Below are positions 32,007 to 41,361 of a DNA stretch of 58,581 bases, piece by piece. Under the pieces are notes generated by a model. It was not told where the DNA came from, made no database searches, and worked only from the letters and a program-made list of their open reading frames with translations. The stretch is from a virus (taxonomy: Duplodnaviria; Caudoviricetes). Made by a program: the position numbers and the translations under genes. Position 1 is the first letter of the stretch. Each line of letters opens with the position of its first letter. The stretch covers positions 1 to 58,581 of the IMG/VR virus record IMGVR_UViG_3300046170_000288; one strand, written 5' to 3'.

Positions 32007-34864
32007 AAGTATATTTTCTCATATTCTCTAAATCATCGTCTTCAATGTATTCTTCAACATCTTTAAGTTTGCCTTCTGCATCAGGTTTTGCGCTTGCCTC
32101 AGTGTAAGTCACGCCTCCGGTCTCAGGGTCCTACTTCTATCTCTATTTGATTTTCTTTGTAAAGCATATCCCCATCCTGATCTACTTCTCTAATGATTGT
32201 TTTATTACCTTGCTCTGTAACAACATAATTATCTGCTTGATAAACATCTGCAAATTCATCTGCTCTATTACCTGTAAAATATTTTGTTCCTTTTTCTGCA
32301 GCTTTTAATTTAACTTTAGCGATAAGGTCAGTTAAAAAAGCAGGAACACCCTCAGCAGTTCTTTTAACTACTTCAGCTACTTTTGGTGCTTGAGTTCCAA
32401 TATCAATAAATCTTCCAAGAATAGGTATAGATGCAAGTCCACCCATTATTTTCATAAACTTTCTTTTTTCAGGATCTTCTGGTCCATCTGCAAATCCTAC
32501 ACGGCCACCTATTGCATATTTTTCTTTTAACGATTCTATACCTTCTTTAAAAGTTTTATCTCTTGCTAGTTCTTTAAAAGCGTCTTCGTAAGAAATATCT
32601 TTTTCTTTAGATAATTTATAAGCCTGTTCATTCATATCTATCATTGTAGGCATTACAAAAGAAGCATCTTCTCTTTCAAATGTTTTTGGCTCACCTGTTT
32701 CTCTATCAATAAGAAGATTAGGTTCTGAATCTGTAATAACGTTTTTTACAATACCTCCTCCTGTAATAGCTGCTCCAACTGGACTAGTTACACGAGCCAG
32801 TTTATTTAAAGCATTAAAACCAAGGCCAGCTTTTTTAAATAATTCGGGATACAATAATTCTGCTCCAACTAAAGGTTCTGTTACAGCGTCTGCAAAAGTT
32901 TTTCCTTCATCCATTCCTTCTTTTGTAGTCATTCCTGCAAATGTTAAGGCAGTAGGAGCTGATCCAACGGTTTTTAAAGTGCCTTTTAATATTTGAGGTA
33001 AATATTTTCCAAATAAAGTAGCACCCCCTGCAGCAGCCGCAGATCCACCTTCGGTAGTTCCTTCTTTTGGTTTTTCTTTTCTTTCAATGGGAACTACATC
33101 AGACATCATAGACGCTGATGCATATTGATTTTGAATATCAGAAAAATCATATTCTAACTCAGCTCTAAGATCAGGATTCTTTTGCATTAGCTTTTCCATG
33201 GTACTTAAAAAACCAGGTATGTTTCCTTTTCTCATTTGACCTAGTCCTCTTAAAGTAAGACCTGAGTTTTGTAATACACTTTTAAATTTTGGATTTTTTA
33301 AAACGTCAATCATTTTATTATAAGTATTATCAATTGCAGAAGTTAGATTAGGATCTGTTTGAACAATTTCTTTAAGTTTAGGATTATCTTTATATTGTGA
33401 TTTTAAAACTTTTAATCCCTCTGGAGTTGAAGTTAATTCTGTAAAGTATTGTTTAAATCTTGTTTCAGGATCACTAATAAAATTAAAATCTTGTGTAGGT
33501 GTCAAAACACCATTCTTTAATGAATAGGCTTTTTTATTTTTAAGTTCTGATGGATAACTTTCTTGAGTTAGTTTATTTAACTTATCTAAATTTTTTTGTG
33601 GATTTATACCTTGATTAATTTTATCTGTAAGATCTCTTCTTTTTTGAGAATATCCTCCCCATCCTAAATTTAAATTTCTTTTTTTAGTCATACCAACTAA
33701 ATTTTTTAATCCTCTTATAATATCTTCTGGATTATCTAGTTTTGCTATTTCAGTCATTCCTTCAACATGGTCTGCGTTAAAAACTAATGATGGTGGTAAT
33801 TGACTTAAATCAAATATCTTTTTTAATTGATCTGTTTGACTAGTCATAAATTTTTTAATTGATGTATGTCCATCCAGTGCTTCTTTTAACTGTTTCTCTG
33901 TTAAAAAATTTTCAATAGAAGACACATTCTTTTTATATAATTCACCGGTTGAACCCCTCTTTGCAATAAAAGCATCAACTTTATCTGGAAAATATTTTCT
34001 TAAAATGTTTGCTCTAGTCTTTCCTGTTCCAATAGAATCATCTCCTAGTAAAAATAAAGTATCATCTAAATTATCTAAAGTATCAGCGTATTTTTTTTTT
34101 AAAGCTTGTCTGTCAATAGGAGCACCATCACCATAAAATTTTTTATCTACATTATAATATTCTAGATAATCATTTAATCTTTTTTTAAGAGTTGGATTAG
34201 TTTCTATTTTTCCAGAGTAAAATAATTTTTTAAAAAAAGTATCAGTAGGTTTACTTGTTCCTGAGGAACCTTTTGTTCTAAGCAAATCACCTACCCCATA
34301 TTTTTCAAATGGTACTTTAGAATCTATATTTCCTATATTGGGATAACCCTCTAATATCGCTTTTCTACCTGAACCACTTTTAATTCCAGATTCTTCAAAT
34401 GCAGTTAACATATCTTTTTTAAAAGAATCATAATCTCTTAAATCATACTTATTTATATTTTGATCATAGAAATCATTGACAAAATTATTTATTTCTTGTG
34501 CTTTATCCGTAACTGCTTTGTTTCTTCCAGATAATTTAAGTTCTGACATTTTCTTTTGTCTAGTATCAAAAGATTTTTGAGCTTCTTCTAAAGTCTCAAA
34601 AGGTCCTTGTTTTATAGTTGGTGATTGACCTTTTCCTGGTCCTTCATATTCTGGATTACGAATTGCATAAGTATATTTACCTTTATTCTCTCCAGTTTTA
34701 ATTAAGTTTGGTCCAGCAAAACCTTCTCTTGATCCAAGGTCTTCTCCTTCTATTACACCACCACCTATTGCAAAGTCTTCTCTGGTTTCTGTTTTTGGAA
34801 CTGATGGTCTTGTTAACCAAGACATCATTTGATTGTAGTTTGCTATCTTATTTACTTCAGACAT
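31996..34864 (-). CDS. Large hypothetical (putative internal virion) protein; frameshift near 32128
   Basis: 913-aa ORF extends to ...MRKYTYDE stop at 31996; YAIGGRVGFADGP motif; possible HNH-like motif. Confidence 0.6.
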
Positions 34865-36222
34865 TAAAGTCCCATCAAGTAGTTTAGGCCGCCTCGATTA
34901 TTATTTTTTCTTCTAGTTACTTTATCAAACTCACCTTGGAATTCTAAAGTATCTCCTTTTGTCTCTAATAATTTATCATAAGCTTCAGGATCTTGTCTTC
35001 TATTTTTAATCATCATAAGCACTCTACCTTGAGTATCTTTATCTAATTCCATAATTTGATCAGCCATGTCTTCATCTATCTCAGGAAAGTTTTCTAATAG
35101 TTTTTCTTTACTTAATTTAAAACCTTCTGGTACAGGTGGTACGTCTAAAATTTCTCTTGATTCTATTTTAATTGCATCTGGTTTGTTTCTAGCTTCAAAT
35201 TCAGAAATTAATTGTTGTGTAGTTTTTTCTGGTTGATCAACTTTGTCTGCAGTTGTAATTGCATCTTCACCAAATTTATTCATAATTTTACCAATAGCAC
35301 CTTTTAAAGATTCTACTCCAGATACTAATTTACCAACCTTTGGTATTTTTTTAACAAGTGATTTTTTCTTAGGATCATCTGGTCCATCAGCAAAACCCAT
35401 ACGACCACCATAAGCTTTTAAGTCTCTTGGTTTACCTACTTCAAAATATGTATTTTCGTAAAAGTCTACAGTGTCATCAATATTAATACCTTTATCTTTT
35501 GCATTACCTTTTATTTTTGCCATGGTAGTTGAAAAGTCATCTGCTTCTGTGTCTCTATACATAATATTTAATACAGTATCATCATCAAGACCTTGCTCTA
35601 ATAAATCATCATACATATGAGATTTGATTGAAGCACCTACATCATTACGTTGATAAACTCCTTGTTTAATATCATCGACAATATCTGCTACAAACATTTT
35701 TTGTTTATCTGTTTTAGCACCTAATTTTTTAATAATGCCTTCAGCTCTAAATAATTTTTTATCATTTAATGCTTTAGTATATGCTTCTATACTTTCTTCA
35801 CCCATGATATTTCTTAATTTATCACCTTGACCTTCAATTGTTACATCACCAAAATCATCAAACACATCTGTTCTAATTATACCAGATTTAAGATCAGGCC
35901 CTGTTGCCTGACTCGGTGATTCTTCGACTCTTTTACCTCTTTTATCTACACCCGGTTTAAATGATACATCTAATACTTCACCAGTTTTATTTCCTGGAGC
36001 CTGACTCATAATGCCTTGCTCTTTATAGTCATCTAAAATAGAAATGTTATCACCTTGAGCTTGAATTTTGTTTTTAGCTTCTTCTCTAATCATTTGATTT
36101 TCAACAGCATTAGGTTCTCTGTTTTTAATAGATCTAAAACCTTTTAGTAAAGCACCATAAGCTTCATCTATTGATTTATAAATTTTACCTATTTTTGGAA
36201 TTTTTTTGATGAACTCATCCAT
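34864..36222 (-). CDS. Hypothetical (putative internal virion) protein
   Basis: 452 aa; AYGGRMGFADGP and terminal GGLNYLMGL. Confidence 0.6.
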   Translation of the reverse strand: MDEFIKKIPKIGKIYKSIDEAYGALLKGFRSIKNREPNAVENQMIREEAKNKIQAQGDNISILDDYKEQGIMSQAPGNKTGEVLDVSFKPGVDKRGKRVEESPSQATGPDLKSGIIRTDVFDDFGDVTIEGQGDKLRNIMGEESIEAYTKALNDKKLFRAEGIIKKLGAKTDKQKMFVADIVDDIKQGVYQRNDVGASIKSHMYDDLLEQGLDDDTVLNIMYRDTEADDFSTTMAKIKGNAKDKGINIDDTVDFYENTYFEVGKPRDLKAYGGRMGFADGPDDPKKKSLVKKIPKVGKLVSGVESLKGAIGKIMNKFGEDAITTADKVDQPEKTTQQLISEFEARNKPDAIKIESREILDVPPVPEGFKLSKEKLLENFPEIDEDMADQIMELDKDTQGRVLMMIKNRRQDPEAYDKLLETKGDTLEFQGEFDKVTRRKNNNRGGLNYLMGL

Positions 36223-37695
36223 TAATAATATGTCCTTTGTTGTTGAGGTAGTTCTTCGTCCTCATAGTCTTCAGGATGCTCAATCAAACCACCCTGTCTA
36301 AATCTCATAACAGCTTGGGTCATGGAGTCCACTAAATCGTCATGATCTCCATATGGAAAGGCTGCACATTCTTCAATAACTTCTTGTGCAAAGTCCATAT
36401 CTTTGGGCGCCCATATTCTCCCTGACTCAAACAGCGGAGAGACACTGTTAACCCTCGTATGTTTATCGTTACCTTTAGAGGGTGTGAAGTTTATAACAGG
36501 TATCCCCATTTTCCGCAACTCATAAGTTAGTGGTAATCCAGATGCTTTAGACTCAATGATTACTGTCTCAGGCTTCCAATATCCATATTGATCCATGGCG
36601 ACCCTACGTAACTCAGGAAACTCAAAACGATCCTTAATTGCATCTAATAATATCAAACATTGTCCACTATCCTCACTTGGTGTAAACACACCCCAAGTAG
36701 TAATAGCAGAATAGTCGGCAGTTTGTTTTTTCATAAACGCTGTATCATAAGATTGAATAACATGTTCTAGCGGTGGTAAATCTTTTTCCCAATCTTGCCA
36801 CCATTCTCTTTTAATCATGGCACCTTCTTCACCGGTTGGGTTCTGCATGTATTGTGCATTCCATTTTGAAAGAGGGATAGATGCTTTGACCGCTTCTAAA
36901 TCCTTCAAGTTCCAGTATTCAGGCCACAGGGGTTTTTTGTTTGGTAGGATTGCAGGGAACTCAATTACTTCCCATTGATCTGCTTTAGGTTCTTTTTGTG
37001 CTTTAATCAAACGACCTGCTAAATCTTTTTCATTCCATCTAGTCATTACAATTACAATTGTTCCACCAGGTTGAAGACGTTGTCTTGGACCAGATGTATA
37101 CCACTCATAAGTTCTATCTAACGCTTGAGCGTTCATTGCATCTTGTTCAGTATGTGGGTCATCAATAATCAAGAGATCGGCACCCCTTCCAGTAATTGCA
37201 GAACCAACACCAGCAGCATAGTATTCACCACCTTGTTGGGTTTCCCATTTACCAGCAGCTTGAGAATCTTCTTTGAGTCTTGTTTGAAATACTTCTTTGT
37301 ATTCAGGAGAATCCATAAGTTGTTTTGCTTTACGACCAAACCTTACAGATAATTCAGTTGTGTTAGTTGATTGAATAATTTTTAGTTTAGGATTACGACC
37401 TACCATCCAAGCAGGTAACTAGATAAGATGCAAACTCAGACTTTGTATGTCTAGGTGCCATATTAATAATTACACGTTTAACTTTACCTTTTGCTATATC
37501 ATTAAATTTTTTAGCAACTTGTTTGTGATGTGATCCTTCAATAAAATCTGGCCAGACGTGTTTAACAAAAGCCATAAAGTCATCTTTAATATCAGCTTGT
37601 TTTTTCTTATCTTTCCATTTAGCCATATACAAAGCTAATTGTCTTTTTACATCAGGTGGTAATTTCTCAAACTTTTTTAACTTATCTATATCCAT
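36222..37695 (-). CDS. terL: Terminase large subunit; frameshift near 37420
   Basis: Walker A-like INMAPRHTKSE, Walker B LLIIDDP, IVMTRW, nuclease QSYDTA...DYSA and HDDLVDS. Confidence 0.9.
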
Positions 37696-37881
37696 AACTC
37701 ATTCGAAAAAATTTTCTAAAAAATTTTTACAGCTTTAATTTAAAAAGTCCAAAAGTATTTTAAGCCTTTAAGTGTATAAAACTCGCAATAAATGCATAAC
37801 TCTGGGACCCCTTTATATACATATCTATATATTAATAATAAAAAAAGTTCAAATTTTGGAAGAGGCTTGGTACCTCTATGG

Positions 37882-37906
37882 GCCACCGGCCGTTAGCGCC
37901 GGTGGC
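37882..37906. terminator. GC-rich 9-bp hairpin at the end of the early operon
   Basis: GCCACCGGC-N7-GCCGGTGGC, 14 nt after the 37921 stop; no canonical U-tract. Confidence 0.45.
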
Positions 37907-37920
37907 AAGAAAGGTTGGTT

Positions 37921-38154
37921 CTAGTCTAGTAGAACCATATATGCCTCCGCATTATTTTTGCGAAACCAATTTATATCCGCTCGGACTTTGTCCCATAACT
38001 TTGATGCACCGTCGAAACCTTTTTCTTTGTCTTCTAGTGTTGCGGCTAACTCGTTGATGAATAGTCTATCATGTTTGATAGCCTCTTCTTTTGTAAGCAT
38101 GATAGATTCTCCAGTAAATCTATTCATTCTTTTTTCTGTTCGTTCTAGTTCCAT
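37921..38154 (-). CDS. Early hypothetical protein
   Basis: 77 aa ending WF...NAEAYMVLLD; GGAGG Shine-Dalgarno. Confidence 0.6.
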   Translation of the reverse strand: MELERTEKRMNRFTGESIMLTKEEAIKHDRLFINELAATLEDKEKGFDGASKLWDKVRADINWFRKNNAEAYMVLLD

Positions 38155-38357
38155 GCTGCCTCCACAACGCCACCGTTAGTAGCTTTGTTAAGTGCCTCAA
38201 GATACTCAGTCTCAGTTAACTTTAATACTTCTAAACAAAACATATGTTTAGTCCCCTGGTCTGCGCCTGGCTTTAACAAGTACTCTGGAACCTGGTCCAA
38301 TAGTTCTTGTCGCTTTGCGCCACCTGGTAAGTATTCTGCTTTAATTGTTTTTGTCAT
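38145..38357 (-). CDS. Early hypothetical protein
   Basis: 70 aa, GAAAGG Shine-Dalgarno, own promoter. Confidence 0.6.
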   Translation of the reverse strand: MTKTIKAEYLPGGAKRQELLDQVPEYLLKPGADQGTKHMFCLEVLKLTETEYLEALNKATNGGVVEAAWN

Positions 38358-38379
38358 ATTATACCTTTCTATTTGTTAA

Positions 38380-38415
38380 TAGGATTATCCTAGTCTATTA
38401 ACTGTCCATTGTCAA
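38380..38415 (-). promoter_or_regulatory. Sigma70-type promoter with a palindrome over the -10 box
   Basis: TTGACA-N17-TAGGAT; palindrome TAGGAT-N-ATCCTA at 38380-38392. Confidence 0.7.
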
Positions 38416-38740
38416 CCCTTTGAATAGAATATTCTGGTCCCCACCTTGACTCATCATTCTTGACCTTGGCGTAACCTTGGCTCTCTCGTCTGTGTCTGAT
38501 AAACTCAATCGGTCGACCATGCTCAATGTTTTCCATATTATCACTTAACCAATCAAACTTACATGATTGACTACAGAAATAAACATCAGAACCATTTGGA
38601 GTCCAACCCCATTGATTAGGTGTTCTATCTCTTGTAGCATATGCATATCGTCCACGAATTACTCCACGCGATTTTAAAAATCTATCTGTTGTAACTTGTT
38701 CATGACATCTTGGTCCTTGGCAAAAATGTTTATTACTCAT
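38390..38740 (-). CDS. Early zinc-finger-like protein
   Basis: Likely start MSNKHFCQGPRC at 38740; FCSQSC motif. Confidence 0.55.
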   Translation of the reverse strand: MSNKHFCQGPRCHEQVTTDRFLKSRGVIRGRYAYATRDRTPNQWGWTPNGSDVYFCSQSCKFDWLSDNMENIEHGRPIEFIRHRRESQGYAKVKNDESRWGPEYSIQRVDNGQLID

Positions 38741-38808
38741 GCTACTACCACCATTCCCATTATCAAACCAAAAAATGTGACAATACAATAAAATTCAAAA
38801 CTAGTCAT
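38737..38808 (-). CDS. 23-aa hydrophobic peptide; not in ORF track
   Basis: MTSFEFYCIVTFFGLIMGMVVVA; AGGAG Shine-Dalgarno; ATGA overlap with the next gene. Confidence 0.5.
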   Translation of the reverse strand: MTSFEFYCIVTFFGLIMGMVVVA

Positions 38809-38977
38809 TCCAACTCCTTTTCATTCTTCTCATCTCAGAATATAATTCGCCCATATGCAATTTATCACAAGTCTTAACCCACTCGATTAATTCCTCACGC
38901 ATGGACTTTTGTTCTTCGTAGGCTTTCGCCTTGTTCTTGTCTATTGTTTCAAAATGTTCTTCGTTTTGTTGTGCCAT
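38801..38977 (-). CDS. Early hypothetical protein
   Basis: Likely start MAQQNEEHF at 38977 (TAATG-coupled, GAGG). Confidence 0.55.
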   Translation of the reverse strand: MAQQNEEHFETIDKNKAKAYEEQKSMREELIEWVKTCDKLHMGELYSEMRRMKRSWND

Positions 38978-39168
38978 TAGTACCTCACTTTCCAACTGTC
39001 TTTCGCAGTTCTATATGCTTGTTTATCTAAATCAAAATAAGTGATTAATGCAGTACCAACTTTGCTAGTCCAATATCTGCACTTGTCATCAAACTTACCA
39101 AATCTAGTTATGTGTTTTTTATCTTTGTTAGAATAATATGTTATTCTAAATGTTTTATCTTTTATCAT
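38977..39168 (-). CDS. Early hypothetical protein (SH3/WYL-like beta pattern)
   Basis: 63 aa; F.ITYY...R.G...YFDLDK..YR. Confidence 0.5.
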   Translation of the reverse strand: MIKDKTFRITYYSNKDKKHITRFGKFDDKCRYWTSKVGTALITYFDLDKQAYRTAKDSWKVRY

Positions 39169-39184
39169 ATATACCTTTCTGTTA

Positions 39185-39220
39185 TGGGACTATCTTATAG
39201 GATAGTCCCAAGATTGTCAA
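39185..39220 (-). promoter_or_regulatory. Sigma70-type promoter with a 10-bp inverted repeat
   Basis: TTGACA-N17-TAAGAT; TGGGACTATC-N6-GATAGTCCCA overlaps the -10 box. Confidence 0.7.
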
Positions 39221-39222
39221 AC

Positions 39223-40194
39223 TTAATTTAGACTTTCTTCGTATTTTTTTCTAGCCAATATCTTCGCCTCTCTTGATTGATTTTTATTCTTCATACCTTT
39301 AATCATACTAGCCAAGTTGCTTGGATTGTAGATAGTCAAACCTGTTGAGTTAGTTCTAATTAACTCTGCCTCATCAACTTGAATACCTAGTTCAGTTGCA
39401 AGTTCAATACCCTCACTCAAATAACGATATGCTTTCAATCCAATCTTTAATTGATCGCATTGTTTTTGAATTGTATCAATCCATGTTTGGTGTTTAGATA
39501 CAACATTACCTTTTGCAATTCGCCAATCATTAAAAGTTTCATACTCGTCTTTAGTACATGCGATTGCTCTTGATCTGCAATAAGATGTTCCAATGACATC
39601 AAGATAGTATTGGTCATTAAAAGTTTTAGTCATGCCTGTATTATTATCACTACTAGAATAACTATTACCACTATATCCAAGTGCTTTCATACAAGCCTCA
39701 ACATGTTTAGTCTTATGTGGGTTGTCCTTGTTCTCGGATTGTTGAGCATAGATATCTGGGTTGCAATCCATAGCTTTTAAATCTTCTCTAAAATATGCAA
39801 CTGCAAACTCTTTACCCTCGTCATCCACTATACTCACTACCATTTAGATTACCAAATAAACCAAAATCAAAATGTGATTTAGTTTCTTTTGCGTCGCCCT
39901 CATCATCTAAATCCTCATTGTGTGCAAAGTAAAAACATTTATCTTTTGCAACAACATCACAAGGGTTGACCATATTTCTTTTTGAAAGTGTCTTAAACAG
40001 AAACATCTTCTGGTGGATATGATCTTTCAACAACATCAACTTGCAAGTCTATGTGCTTGTTCATATTGTCTATCAACATCTTCTCTTGCTTGAAGAAATG
40101 CTTCTCGTTCTTGAGTGTCCTCGTTCTCAAAGACATTTTTTATTTTATTAAAGAGTTTGTTTCGCAACTCTGTATTCATTCTTATTTTTGTCAT
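39223..40194 (-). CDS. Early hypothetical protein (~320 aa); several frameshifts
   Basis: Starts MTKIRMNTELRNKLFNKIK at 40194 with GAAAGG; fragments appear as ORFs 39821-40039 and 39223-39843. Confidence 0.6.
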
Positions 40195-40228
40195 TTTGAC
40201 CTTTCTGTTAATTAATTTTTATTTTTTT

Positions 40229-40267
40229 GTTTTACTACTTGACAATAGGATTGTCAAGGATTATATA
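40229..40267. promoter_or_regulatory. Overlapping divergent sigma70-type promoters
   Basis: Palindrome TTGACAAT-AGG-ATTGTCAA (40239-40257); plus strand TTGACA-N17-TATATA; minus strand TTGACA-N17-TAAAAC. Confidence 0.7.
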
Positions 40268-40276
40268 TTAATTATG

Positions 40277-40795
40277 TTTTTTATTTGTTTATGTTCAGAT
40301 AAAAAATTAGATTTGGGGTGTATCATAACCATCACCCCAAGTTGACACTCTAAACAAGTGGGATGATTAGCACTCTGGAAGAGAGCCATTGAGTGCTACT
40401 GATCCCTGATCCAATGGTAGTAGCATCTAGACCATGCTTGACTGGAGATTGGATCTGGGATCAGTCATTATTGACTGTGGAGATAAACACTATAACACGG
40501 TGTGCGCTAGGATTCCCGTATGTCATGCAATGGGGCGTCATACCACCCGCGTAGCATAGTGACTGATCATTATTTGCTGGACCATTGCTATGCTTGTCTA
40601 GTCGACTTGCAAGCATTACTGGTACAGCCCACTGAAAGGTGATGGTCCTGCTAATAATAGTATCAGTAAGAGTACACCAGCGTCCAAATCTTGCCTCTGG
40701 CATTTCCCTGTACGTTAGCGATGATGGGCAACCTAGCAATGTGTGTAACACCATGGTGCGCCGAGTTCCCTGATCAGGATGGCGCGCTGGTATAT
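40277..40795 (+). ncRNA. Putative large structured non-coding RNA (tandem stem-loop array)
   Basis: About seven consecutive stems with G-U wobbles and U-U mismatches that favour the plus strand; GC-rich; no credible ORF; directly downstream of a promoter. Confidence 0.65.
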
Positions 40796-40806
40796 GATTG
40801 AAGGAT

Positions 40807-40832
40807 CAAGCGGCAAGCTCCAAGCAGCAAGC
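40807..40832 (+). repeat. CAAGCNN heptamer array 1 (4 copies)
   Basis: CAAGC at 40807, 40814, 40821, 40828. Confidence 0.9.
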
Positions 40833-40834
40833 GC

Positions 40835-40863
40835 TTGACAGCTGGGTCAGGATAGTATAGGAT
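40835..40863 (+). promoter_or_regulatory. Sigma70-type promoter
   Basis: TTGACA-N17-TAGGAT, followed by GAAAGGA and the ATG at 40883. Confidence 0.7.
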
Positions 40864-40882
40864 ACAATTGAAAGGAATAATT

Positions 40883-41014
40883 ATGAAAATAAAAATATAT
40901 GAAGCTGGTGAACAGCTAAACAGAGTTGCTAACGCCCTGGAAGAAATTATCCGGATGGTGAAGGAAGATCAAGAGAGATCTAGAAAGTACATGGAAGAGA
41001 GGAAGGATGACTGA
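40883..41014 (+). CDS. Small early protein; not in ORF track
   Basis: 43 aa MKIKIYEAGEQLNRVANALEEIIRMVKED... Confidence 0.55.
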   Translation: MKIKIYEAGEQLNRVANALEEIIRMVKEDQERSRKYMEERKDD

Positions 41015-41159
41015 TAAAGAAAAAAAACTTGCAGCTCACCTGGCAGCTATGTGCTGTCAGGCTGACGAAGACTGTCCAGCCGAATACAGGACTGAGCATT
41101 TTAGATCCACGATGGATGATGCCTATGACTACCTGAAAGAGATTGGATACTTGAAATGA
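41007..41159 (+). CDS. Small early protein; not in ORF track
   Basis: 50 aa with LAAMCCQADEDCPAEYRT; overlaps both neighbours. Confidence 0.55.
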   Translation: MTDKEKKLAAHLAAMCCQADEDCPAEYRTEHFRSTMDDAYDYLKEIGYLK

Positions 41160-41359
41160 GAATTAAAAATAATGATTTGTTGCCGTGGTTCACTGATGAC
41201 CACGGCACGCTGCCGCAAGGTTACCTGGACCATTGCCAAGAATTTTTTAATAGCCTGAAGCGCCAAGCCTCAAGCGGCAAGCTTCAAGCGTCAAGCCTCA
41301 AAAAACAATTGCATAAACCAGGGACCCGTGTTAAAAATAGATTCAACAGAAAGATATAA
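41156..41359 (+). CDS. Small early protein; C-terminus runs through the heptamer array
   Basis: 67-aa ORF; the QASS repeats come from CAAGCNN. Confidence 0.5.
   Translation: MRIKNNDLLPWFTDDHGTLPQGYLDHCQEFFNSLKRQASSGKLQASSLKKQLHKPGTRVKNRFNRKI
41257..41301 (+). repeat. CAAGCNN heptamer array 2 (5 perfect, 2 degenerate copies)
   Basis: CAAGC at 41264, 41271, 41278, 41285, 41292; followed by TTGCAT-N17-TAAAAA. Confidence 0.9.
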
Positions 41360-41361
41360 TT

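Noticed and set aside
40415-40426. Loop sequence TGGTAGTAGCAT matches 43827-43837 (11 nt) and the minus strand near 38739-38750 (12 nt)
   Set aside because: Matches this short are expected by chance for a 500-nt query against both strands of 58 kb; not evidence of targeting.
40461-40754. 97-aa minus-strand ORF across the structured region
   Set aside because: No Shine-Dalgarno, atypical composition; stop-free by chance in GC-rich DNA, and wobble pairs favour a plus-strand RNA.
40277-40795. CRISPR array, tRNA cluster, hammerhead ribozyme or C/D-box guide array
   Set aside because: No regularly spaced direct repeats, no T-loop or cloverleaf, CUGAUCA instead of the hammerhead CUGANGA core, only partial C/D-like boxes, and no Cas or Nop-domain gene recognised.
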